From NCBI GenBank assembly GCA_012295275.1, contig CM022679.1, forward strand, positions 7,378,001 through 7,442,000: DNA of 64,000 nt, read 5' to 3'. The notes beneath the pieces were generated by a model that saw only the letters and a program-made list of their open reading frames with translations, made no database searches and had not been told where the DNA came from. The position numbers were made by a program, and so were the translations under genes. Position 1 is the first letter of the stretch; each line of letters begins with the position of its first letter. The stretch is from Chrysomallon squamiferum (lineage: Eukaryota; Animalia; Mollusca). Positions 16,731 through 28,510 of the stretch are shown here, piece by piece.

Positions 16731-17393
16731 TATGTGGGTACGGGTAATCGACCTGCTTTCTGTCGGAGTTACGGTCTGCAATAAAGACGTTGGAGTTATG
16801 GTCTGCAATAAAGACGTTGGAGTTATGGTCTGCAATAAAGATGTTGGAGTTATGGTCTGCAATAAAGATGTTGGAGTTATGGTCTGCAATATTGATCCCG
16901 TGCGCGCCATCTTTCGATGTGGGCACGGGTGATCGAATGGGGATCTGAACTGACGACTCCGGTTGGAGACTAAAGACACAACAATATTGATCCCGTGCGC
17001 GCCATCTGTTGATGTGGGCACGGGTGATCGAATGGGGATCTGAACTGACGACTCCGGTTGGAGACTAAAGACACAACAATATTGATCCCGTGCGCGCCAT
17101 CTTTCGATGTGGGCACGGGTGATCGAATGGGGATCTGAACCGACAGCTCCGGTTGGAGACTGAACGCACAACACTGTTGATGTGGGCACGGGTGATCGAC
17201 CTGCTTGCTGTTGGAGTGATGGTCTACAATAAAGACGTTGGAGTGATGGTCTGCAATAAAGACGTTGGAGTGGCGGCCTGCAATAAAGACGTTGGAGTGG
17301 TGGCCTGCAATAAAGACGTTGGAGTGGTGGCCTGCAATAAAAATCCCGTGCGCACGGGTGATTGACCTGCTTCCTATAGGAGGATCTGAACCG
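16731..17393. repeat. GC-rich composite minisatellite: 27-bp array, 95-bp array, 27-bp array (copy A)
   Basis: 27-mer GGTCTGCAATAAAGACGTTGGAGTTAT about 5 times; 95-mer starting AATATTGATCCCGTGCGCGCC at 16888, 16983 and 17078; variant 27-mer about 5 times. Confidence 0.95.
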
Positions 17394-18321
17394 AGTCTTC
17401 TGTGGAGAATATATTATAAAATGATATGAACTGTTATTTAATTTCATTATTTCGAATCTAATGTAAAAAAGGCCTTTTTTATGTTCAATAAAATGTTATT
17501 TAAATGCATTTTATTTTTTGTTTTTATTTAGAGATTGTTTATATATATTTAGCAAGTTAAATTTTAAACGTGTTTCAACAAGGAAAATTGTCTAGTAATA
17601 GAATTAATTTTAACATACATATACATACATTCACATACATATATTCACAAACATACAAACATATAAACATTAATACATACATACATACATACATACATAC
17701 ATAATAAAAAAACTGTGTAGTAATAGAATTAACTTTAACATTCATTTATACATATATGCATTCATTACACAGATACACACATGCATACTTACTTGAACAC
17801 ATACATGCAGGCACTGAAACAGATAGACACATACATACACACGAATACATACACATGAACATATCCATATATACATACTTAAAAACATACATTCACACAG
17901 ACACATACATACATACATAATAGCACTCACACACACACACAAACACATTTGATGGCCAAATGTAATGTCCCTATTTAGACTCCGCTATTTCTTTTAAGCT
18001 ATTTCTGAATAGACATTATAGTCTGTTGCAGTAGAAGTAGTATAGCAGTAGTAGTAGTACTAGTGGAAGTAACCTTAACCACCAAAACTGAGAAAATCAT
18101 TACTGATTAAAATATCCTCCCTAAAATATCTTAAATCCAAAATAATCACTTCTTTTGATTCAGTAAATACATCAGATTTGGATGAACTTAAATACAATAC
18201 AGTGAAGTGGGGAAGAAAAAATTATAAAACTAAACAGTCAGAATGCATATGATATCCTCAAGCAATAAAAGAATTCAGTGAATAATCCCAGTGCCAAAAT
18301 AATCCCATGCAAGTAGTCTAA

Positions 18322-18690
18322 AACAGGGTTCAGTGTCACCATGGTAAGGCAACCCCACCAGCTTCTAAATCTAAACCTGAAGCCCCACACAATGAAATCA
18401 TTAAGGAAACTTTAATTTTTGGCTTGTCAAATCTATCACAGATAAACAGAGAATGCCATCAATGCTCAAATTTTAATCATTTTAGGACAGTTATAACTAA
18501 TTATAAATGTAATTCACTGCCAGAAAACATTATTTTAAATATAGGTATAAACTCTAAAATCCTATGTAAAATAAACTGTTCAGATCAATTTTCAGCTAGT
18601 CAAAAATTATGCCTAAAGCAAATTAATTTGGCTGTTAAATCTTTGAATGAATGTTTGTTCCTACTCATGAATATTAGCTCTCCATACTAA
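18322..18690 (+). pseudogene. Possible decayed SGNH/GDSL-esterase-like retrotransposon ORF fragment
   Basis: A stop-free frame reads KETLIFGLSNLSQI...NFNHF...PENIILNIGINSK. From memory this resembles the IIGDSNLSR / ILSxGIN blocks of esterase domains in Penelope/LINE elements. Copy B is frameshifted. No search was run. Confidence 0.3.
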
Positions 18691-19610
18691 TTATAGAATT
18701 AGGATGAAATGTTTAGACTTAGATAACAATATCTTTTAAAACTCATTTTCCTCAGTATTTTCAATCCAGAGTACTAACCATCCTCAGTATTTAGATAACT
18801 GTAAGGGGGTGGTAGCAGATTATCCAAGTAAAAATGACTGCTCTCCTTTAATCTACTGATTTTCCTAATGTTAAATGATAAATAAACAAGAATGCATATT
18901 CAATAGAATAATATACTTTTATTACACATATGTGAACAGGGTCACATCACCTTCCATAATAATAAAATTATAAAGAAACCTGCATCACTCCTCAGATTAT
19001 TTTTAAAAAGAAAAGCAACAAAGAAACACAAACTAAACATGGTCCAGAGGAGACGACTCCTAAGTATTAAACTTATAAAATGACAATTATCTCCCTTACA
19101 CTATTAATGAAAGTTTTGAAATTTTTTATCGATGAATTATCAGTTTTCTCTTTTTGATTTTATTAAGAATTAAATAAAATGTGAAAAACACACACACACA
19201 CACACAAAAAAAGAAAGAAAGATAAGAAATAAAAATATTTTTGTTAAAAAATAAATAAATAAAAATAATAGATAGACGGCTAATCACACACACACACACA
19301 CACACACGTACAGATACAGATACACAGATACACAGATACACACAGATAAAAAAAACCTTCCCAGAATGATAGCAGTTACCTACAGACCACTCGAATCAAA
19401 ATATTACATTGTGGTAATACAAGAGAAATAGTGATACTACTACAAATAACAAAATATTTATGAATTAGAAAATAAATAAATAATGTCTGATGATGATGAT
19501 GATGGTAATAGCAACAACATTAATAGCATAATAATAATAATAGCAATTAATTAATTAATTAATTAATAGCAAATAATAATAATTAATAAATTAAATAATA
19601 ATGTACTGAT

Positions 19611-19612
19611 AA

Positions 19613-19643
<31 letters not shown>

Positions 19644-19717
19644 CTGTAGTAATTATAATACATAAATGAATAAATAAGTAAACAAGTGCAAAATAAAAAA
19701 ACAACAACAACAATAAA

Positions 19718-19760
<43 letters not shown>

Positions 19761-21798
19761 TCATCGCAAATAAAATTATGAACTGAAGCTTCGAGAGTGT
19801 CCGATTTAAACTTCCACCTTCCAAAATAAAAATCACAGGAAAATGGATTTTCAATCCTTTACTGAACCCAATCTCACTCTAACGTCATTCTTTCTTTTCA
19901 TTGGACAGCACACACTACGACGTAAAAGAAGTCACCTTCACTGAGCAAGGCCTTCGCCAAGGAGTTGTGTTTTTTTCGCTGAAAACGTTTCGCGTTAAAA
20001 TCTACTGAAACGACATCATTCTCTGATATATGTGAAAATATATTCTTGATGTAACTCTGATTATGTCTGACACTTTTCGAATATGTCTATGATTATACTA
20101 ATGGTGAAAATTCTTGATATTGTTCAAAGTACCAGAGAATTTACACGTTCTTGTTTTATTTTTATTCTGTTTAGCATCAATAGTTTGCTTATGACAGTGT
20201 TTTCTGATCATTTAGTTACGATTAAGAAATAAATAGTTTAAAATGTACAATAGTATATGTATATATTCATTTTGAAAACATAACTGAAAACAAAATGAAA
20301 CAAAACAAAAACAGCCAAAGGAAAATGTGGACGATTTCGTTATGCTATTAAATCCAACAAAGATTAGCATCTGACGTAATTATTTATGTATTTGCGGAGG
20401 GGGGGATTGGGGATATGTGTTTAATTAATTTCAGCCGTGATAATTTGTTACTAATTAAAGTCAGTATAAATTGGTTTTTTGTCGTCTGTTAGAATTATGA
20501 CGGAATTCGCTTACATGTTATACATGGGACAGAACAAATTGCAAAGGTATTTAATATCATTACAGAAATTTTATTTCTAGATACAGATGAAGCAGTACCA
20601 ATAATAGCAAGACCTGTAGTAGTAGCAGTAGTAGTAGTAGTTGTTGTTGTTGTAATAGTTGTTACTGTCACAGTGTTAATAGATTGATTTATTTACTAAT
20701 TTATTTATTTATTTATATTAACAAAGCTTTTTTGTTTAATATAGTTCAACAAGTGTCACCTGTAGCAATAGCAAATAATGGGTCGTAAAACGTTTTAAAT
20801 TTTACAATACAGACCGAAGACCGTCGCTGTTTATTGACAAATTACGTCACGCGTTTATGCTGCTATGGTTACAAACTTAGCGTACATATATATATAAGAG
20901 AAAACGGCCAGCAACGAAGGCACAGTATGTGGGCACGGGTAATCTACCTGCTTTCTGTCGGAGTTACGGTCTGCAATAAAGACGTTGGAGTTATGGTCTG
21001 CAATAAAGACGTTGGAGTTATGGTCTGCAATAAAGACGTTGGAGTTATGGTCTGCAATATTGATCCCGTGCGCGCCATCTTTCGATGTGGGCACGGGTGA
21101 TCGAATGGGGATCTGAACTGACGACTCCGGTTGGAGACTAAAGACACAACAATATTGATCCCGTGCGCGCCATCTTTCGATGTGGGCACGGGTGATCGAA
21201 TGGGGATCTGAACTGACAGCTCCGGTTGGAGACTGAACGCACAACTCTGTTGATGTGGGCACGGGTGATCGACCTGCTTGCTGTTGGAGTGATGGTCTGC
21301 AATAAAGACGTTGGAGTGATGGTCTACAATTAAGACGTTGGAGTGGCGGCCTGCAATAAAGACGTTGGAGTGGCGGCCTGCAATAAAGACGTTGGAGTGA
21401 TGGTCTGCAATAAAGACGTTGGAGTGGTGGTCTGCAATAAAGACGTTGGAGTGGCGGCCTGCAATAAAAATCCCGTGCGCACGGGTGATCGACCTGCTTC
21501 CTATAGGAGGATCTGAACCGAGTCTTCTGTGGAGAATATATTATAAAATGATATGAACTCTTATTTAATTTCATTATTTCGAATCTAATGTAAAAAAGGC
21601 CTTTTTTTATGTTCAATAAAATGTTATTTAAATGCATTTTATTTTTTGTTTTTATTTAGAAATTGTTTATATATATTTAGCAAGTTAAATTTTAAACGTG
21701 TTTCAACAAGGAAAATTGTCTAGTAATAGAATTAATTTTAACATACATATACATACATACATTCACATACATATATTCACAAACATACAAACATATAA

Positions 21799-21831
<33 letters not shown>

Positions 21832-23320
21832 ATAAAAAAATTGTGTAGTAATAGAATTAACTTTAACATTCATTTATACATATATGCATTCATTACACAG
21901 ATACACACATGCATACTTACTTAAACACATACATGCAGGCAGTGAAACAGACAGACAATACATACACACAAACACAAACACATACACATACACATATCCA
22001 TATACATACTTAAAAACATACATTCACACAGACACATACATACATAGTAGCACTCACACACCCACAAACACACATTTGATGGCCAAATGTAATGTCCCTA
22101 TTTAGACTGCGCTATTTCTTTTTAGCTATTTCTGAATAGACATTATAGTCTGTTGCAGTAGAAGCAGTACAGCAGTAGTAGTAGTACTAGTGGAAGTAAC
22201 CTTAACCACCAAAACTGGGCAAATCATCACTGATTAAAATATCCTCCCTAAAATATCTTAAATCCAAAATAATCACTTCTTTTGATTCAATAAATAAATC
22301 AGATTTGGATGAACTTAAATACAATACAGTGAAGTGGGGAAGAAAAAATTATAAAACTAAACAGTCAGAATGTACATGATATCCTCAAGCAATAAAAGAA
22401 TACAGTGAATAATCCCAGTGCCAAAATAGTCCCATGCAAGTAGTCTGAAACTGGGTTCAGTGTCACCATGTTAAGGCAACCCCACCAGCTTTTAAATCTA
22501 AACCTGAAGCCCCACACAATGAAATCATTAAGGAAACTTTAATTTTTGGCTTGTCAAATCTATCAAAGATAAACAGAGAATGCCATCAATGCTCAAATTT
22601 TAATCATTTTAGGACAGTTATAACTAATTATAAATGTAATTCACTGCCAGAAAACATTAATTTAAATATAGGTATAAACTCCAAAATCTATCTGTAAAAT
22701 AAACTGTTCAGATCAAATTTCAGCTAGTCAAACATTATGTCTAAAGCAAATTATGTTGGCTGTTAAAACTTTGAATGAATATTTGTTCCTACTCATGAAC
22801 ATTAGCTCTCCATACTAATTATAGAATTAGGATAACATTTTCAGACTTAGATAACAATATCTTTTAAAACTCATTTTCCTCAGTATTTTCAATCCAGAGT
22901 AGTAACCATCCTCAGTATTTAGATAACTGGAAGGGGGTGGTAGCAGATTATCCAAGTAAAAATGACTGTTCTCCTTTAATCTACTGATTTTCCTAATGTT
23001 AAATGATAAATAAACAAGAATGCATATTCAATAGAATAATATACTTTTAAGACGACTCCTAAGTATTAAACTTATAAAATGACAATTATCTCCCTTACAC
23101 TATTAATCAAAATTTTGAAATTTTTTATTGGTGAATTATCAGTTTTCTCTTATTGATTTAATTAAGAATTAAATAAAATGTGAAAACACACACACAAAAA
23201 AAAAGAAAGAAAGAAAGAAAGAAAGAAATAAAAATATATTTTTTTAAAAATAAATAAATAAAAAAAAAAAAAATGAAAAAATAAAATAAAATAAAATCAA
23301 AATAATAGATAGACGGCTAA

Positions 23321-23359
<39 letters not shown>

Positions 23360-23471
23360 AAAAACCTTCCCAGAATGATAGCAGTTACCTTCAGAGCACT
23401 TGAATCAAAATATTATATTGTGGTAATACAAGAGAAATAGTGACACTACTACAAATAACAAAATATTTATG
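19611..23471 (+). repeat. ~4-kb tandem segmental duplication, copy B
   Basis: Same content and order as copy A with scattered SNPs. It has ~90 bp (about 20336-20424) missing from A and lacks ~130 bp present in A (about 18922-19050). Confidence 0.95.
20926..21520. repeat. GC-rich composite minisatellite (copy B)
   Basis: Same modules as copy A with different counts: about 4 x 27-mer, 2 x 95-mer, about 7 x 27-mer. Confidence 0.95.
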
Positions 23472-23658
23472 CAAAGCTCAAATATATTTCTAAGGAGAAT
23501 AAAAATAAAAAATATTTTTTCAGCAAAATTAATAGTAATAATTAATTTAAAAAATATAGAAAAAATAAAGTATATATATAAATTAACCAAAAACAGTCCA
23601 AACAGTAAAAGATATTGTAATATAAATACCTGCTATATGTACAGTTACATATACATGA

Positions 23659-23692
<34 letters not shown>

Positions 23693-24022
23693 GAAAAAAC
23701 AAAAATCAGAAATACTGAATAAGTTGAACAGACTTTTTATTAAATTTTCAGAATAAAATTCAATGAGAGAGTTCTAACATCATAATTGACAAAAGGTACA
23801 AAAATTAACACTCAAAAATGTATTACTGCTTTTATTTTGTATTTATTTATTTTAATTAACCCACATTCTGGCAATATTACTTTGCCTTGTCAATATTGGA
23901 AAAGAAACATCAGTAATGGATCTCCAGTGGTAGAACACATCTTGCTTTTTAGGCCTTGAATTCCCAAGGAAATCAGGCAGAAATCAATGTTTATTTGTTT
24001 ATTTATTTATTTTTATCTTCAC

Positions 24023-24053
<31 letters not shown>

Positions 24054-24284
24054 TTATACAAATTAAATTAAATGTGCATTCATCAAAGTATTGTTTTTCT
24101 CCCTTTTACTTTATTTACTTAAAATATCATCATGGTTATGCTGTATTTTATTTTTTCTTTGATTTATATTTAATATTTTTATTTTTTGCATGATAATGAT
24201 AGGTTGTATTGGTTTATCCTTCATTTTTTTTAAATTAATACATGATTAATAATCATAATAATAATAATAATAATAATAATATAA

Positions 24285-24420
24285 ATAACCCCTCCCCTCC
24301 TGGAAAAAGAATTATTACGTCAGCAAACCGTGCACATTTTCTTGATTATTATTTAACCTTAACTACAGAATTAGAAAACACTCTCAGAAGCAAGCATTTA
24401 ATATTAATAATAATAATAAA

Positions 24421-24474
<54 letters not shown>

Positions 24475-24730
24475 AATAACCCCTCCCCTCCTGGAAAAAG
24501 AATTATTACGTCAGAAGCTAAAGTCACTAGATCTGCTATAATTACGAAACCGTGCACATTTTCTTTGTTACTTTTTTTTTTGTGTGTGGTTGTTTTTGTT
24601 CTTTTTTAAATTATCATTTATTATTTTTAAATGAATATATGTAATGAATAATGAATATTCTATACTGATTATTATTTAACCTTAACTATAGAATTAGAAA
24701 ACACTCTCAGAAGCAAACATTTAATATTAA
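24285..24730 (-). repeat. Older inverted homolog of 20171-20402, itself locally duplicated
   Basis: Ordered matches to the reverse complement of 20171-20402: attacgtcaga(a/t)gctaa, acgaaa(c/t)cgt(g/c)cacattttc, aaatgaatatat, agaaaacact(c/g)tca(g/t)aagcaaac. 24285-24407 is a shorter internally deleted copy of 24476-24730. Confidence 0.75.
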
Positions 24731-24764
24731 AAAAATATATATATATATATATATAATAATAATA

Positions 24765-24837
<73 letters not shown>

Positions 24838-25686
24838 CGTTAATGTAGGTGGAATTGTTAAGTATTTACGCTTAAATAAAGTAGGTCAGTTTTACAGTCA
24901 TATACAATTTGATTTGTGTTCATGGCTACCCTGTGAGAAAAGATATCACAATTTTATTTAACTGATAGTCGCAAATGCCAATTTTTGAAAATTTGTGTCA
25001 CTGTTGACTACCCTGAAATTTAATTGTTCATTTATACTGAATTAAAAGCTTCATACATATTCTTACAATTTTAAATCTTAATGAAAAAATATTTAACTTC
25101 GTTTCTTATTATGTACTGGTAATTACTGCGAAGATGCATTCACAGTGAGTCATCTTCGGTCACTTGGTGTGTTCAGCTAAAGAAAAATAGAATTTTATAT
25201 TTCTTCATAAACATATCGAGCCAAGTTTAATATAGTTTTTAATGTATCATTAGGACATTTTATTTTACGTTTCTATTATTTTTCTTTATTATGCTGATTG
25301 TTGTAGATTTTGAATAGCAAAAAGTTGCTAATTTTATTTGTGTTTTTTTTACTATTTTTTTTTAAATCATCAAGTTGAACGAAATCGCGTTACCCAATTG
25401 CGGCTCTCTCGCCGACTACTGTCCTATGTTTACAAAACAAAGGGCATATCATATTTATCTAGTTTATTGTTTGAATGGCATGTTATTACATTAATATGTC
25501 ACTAAAGGAATACGTAAATGACCTATCTAATTAAATGCGCCTGGATAAAGCAGACGTACACGGGGGCGTGTAATCAAGACTTGTTATACAAAACGTCCAA
25601 CAAATTTAACTTTTTCTCAACACTATATTTTGTGACGTGCGGAAAGAACTGCTCGGTATTTTATTTTTGACGTAAGCCATACTTGG

Positions 25687-25775
25687 GATTAGCAGCAGAG
25701 GATCTTTAATATCCCTCTTCTTGGTCAATGATTGGAACGGGAAATAAGCCAGTGGGTGGACAGAATCAGTCTGCT
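25687..25775 (-). mobile_element. SINE fragment (same family as the 55.2-55.4 kb relic)
   Basis: GATTAGCAGCAGAGGATCTTTAATAT and GGAACGGGAAATAAGCCAGTGGG. The second motif recurs at 55276; the first resembles the reverse of a mollusc SINE core (ATAAAAGATCCCTTGCTGCTAATC) as I remember it. Confidence 0.45.
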
Positions 25776-28044
25776 GAAAAACGGTAATCTAATGCTGTCA
25801 ACAGATACTCAGTATGTTATAACAGAAGGAAGTTCCACAGTCACGACCAGCACTAACGACTAGGAGACAAACGTAATTCATTTTGTCCGCCATGTCATTA
25901 AGTTTGATATATAAGGAATTTGCAGTTCATCTCAGATCTAGGACCACGCTTTTACACTTGGAAAACAGAAATGATAGGGAATGACATCCTTTTTCTACAC
26001 CCCGTCGATGTATTTAAGATGCTATTAGCACGTGCTTTTAGCACGGGCATCATATTACAAAGATAACGAGGTCCGACGTGTAGATGGAAGGCCCAGATTT
26101 GCAAGGAAGTTTAATATGGACTGTGTGACACAAGCAGTTTTTGTCAATGTAAAACAGAGTAATAAGCTGGTCACTTACATTATCGAGTGAAAACACTGAG
26201 TAGATTTCAAGCAAAATGCAGGAGCTGAAGGCAGATATAAGACCGCTGAATGCTTGATGGTATTAACGTGGCTGCTACGATTTTATATTTTTCTCGAGTC
26301 CCTGACATTTATTTCCAGTGAATTTAGGTTCGTGTCCGGCATTTCCGAGTACAGTGCTATTAAAAATACATTTCTTTGTCTGGTCTATTATGTGGACGTT
26401 GAAATAGCATTGCGGACACGTTTTCTAAGTACTCTCTTATTGATTAATACCATAAAGTCACTTGAAGTGAGCATTATTTATTATTTTACTTAAGTACCGA
26501 CGTGTTCGTTCTTTGTGGCATTTGCTTCCTGATCGGCTTTCCTCACAGTTTCTTTGATCAGCAATATTTTTGTATGTTCTGGCTATTTCAGGATCAGTTA
26601 TCTCTCCAGATTCAAACAGAAAGATCCATTAACTTCTCAGTTGTATATTTCTCTTTTTTTGTTGTTTCTTTCTTAAAACTATGCAGTTGGAATAATATAT
26701 ATAGACAGATGCACAGACATGCATAGACAGTACACTCGATCCATTAATCTTGCGTATTTTTTATTTCCAGTATATTTGGCACAATACATACAAACATAGA
26801 TACACATACAATATAAACACATCGCCATGAAAAAACAACACAGCAACACACACACACACACAGAAAGAGACAGACACCAACATACACGTACTCGAAAAGG
26901 CACACGTAAATTATCTCTACCAGCCAAAAAAATTTAAAAAGTAATTCTTAAACTTCTAAAAAAAAAAAAAAAAAATATCGTTTTTTGACATCTCTAATCG
27001 ATTAATACACTATTCCTACATCAGTGGTTGTCTTCCTGTTTGAAGCATAACACGTTACAATGTTTAGTTTCCAAACGGGGGGGGGAAAAGAAAAAAAAAT
27101 CGGATTCCTGGTTTCTGCGTAAATAATTAGATATTGCCTCATCAACAGTGACCTATATAAACCTATTTAACCATGCTTATTTGATACACAGCCACTCACT
27201 CTGAAAAAATTAATATTTGTTTATGATATAAACTGTCTATAACGACGTGGCAAAGATCATTTTCTGAAGGCTAAGACGCTATTACTTCAGAAAACAGTTA
27301 TCTTCCAGTAGCCAAACAAATAAAGACTGAACGACAGCAAAGAACTGGCAGCGACCTCCGGCTCTAGCAGTATAATTCATCATCAGATATGTCAAATATC
27401 CGAAGGCATGTCAAGTGGACATTTGATCCATCTTTCTCCTAAACGATTTACATGAAATAATAATTTACTACAGGCAATGTTTTTCAGCGATCACTGCTGT
27501 TATTTGTAACTACAACGACAACAGCTGACACCTACATTACCATCATCAGTATAACAACCATTATTAGCATTACGTCACCATCATCATCATCGTCACTACC
27601 ATAACATAGTCATCGTTACCGTCTTCTGCTACTTAGTTTTTCTGGTATGATGACTATCTATAATTAAATAACAGCCTTTATTACTACAAGTGTTATTTGC
27701 TTCTACATATGCAAAAACTATTGTACCATAACAACGAAATGATCTACTAATATACAATCAATAAGAAGAAATACTCCTAAAACTACTATAACTGGATCAC
27801 GTTTTCCGTGGATGTACGATTCCAGAATCTCCCAATTGATATGAAAAAAAAAAAAAACAGTGGTTGCTGAGGACACTTTTATAAAATGTCATTATTTTAC
27901 ACTATGTTTTTTCGTAATTAAACCCGTTTACATCCAATATGTCACATACAGTATGTCACCTTAAGAATACAGTTTTTATACAGATATTTTATTTTGGAAC
28001 CACAACTGATCAAAACTGCGGATTCCATACTTAAATGGTTGACT

Positions 28045-28510
28045 GTATTACTACCGCGACTTCTATTGCTACTGCTACTATTATTACCACAGCTACTGCT
28101 GCAACTACTACTACTGCTTCTATTAATACTACTGCTGCTACTAATACTACTGTTACTAAACTACTTCTTCTACTACCATTACTGCTACTTGTACTGCCAC
28201 TGCCATACTACTATTAATTCTGCTACTATTACTACTGGTGTCACTACTACTACTACTGATGCTGCTGCTACTAAAACTACTACCATTACTCCTACTAGTA
28301 CAGCTACTGCCAATACTACTATTAATTATGCTACTACTACTTCTGCTGCTGCTATTACTACTACTGCAACTGATCTTATTACTACTATGATTATTATTAC
28401 TACTGTTACAACAACTGTTATTGCTTCTAGTACTATTACTCCTACTACTACTGTTGGGACAGCTGCTACTGCTATTACTACAACTACTATAATACTACTG
28501 CAGCTACAAC
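28045..28510. repeat. Degenerate (ACT/GCT/ATT)n trinucleotide tract
   Basis: Directly visible; produces the Leu/Thr-rich ORF. Confidence 0.9.

Larger units (their letters stand above)
15516..19462 (+). repeat. ~4-kb tandem segmental duplication, copy A
   Basis: Colinear near-identity with copy B. Anchors: actgtagtaattataatacat at 15541 vs 19643; last shared bases aaaatatttatg at 19462 vs 23471. Confidence 0.95.

Noticed and set aside
16945-16985. Hammerhead-like core CTGACGA followed by the stem CTCC-GGTT-GGAG in the 95-mer
   Set aside because: The stem is followed by ACTAAAG, not the required GAAA, and no stem III or cleavage triplet is evident; not called a retrozyme.
16731-21520. CRISPR-like appearance of the regular repeats
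   Set aside because: No unique spacers between repeats, eukaryotic context and no cas genes.
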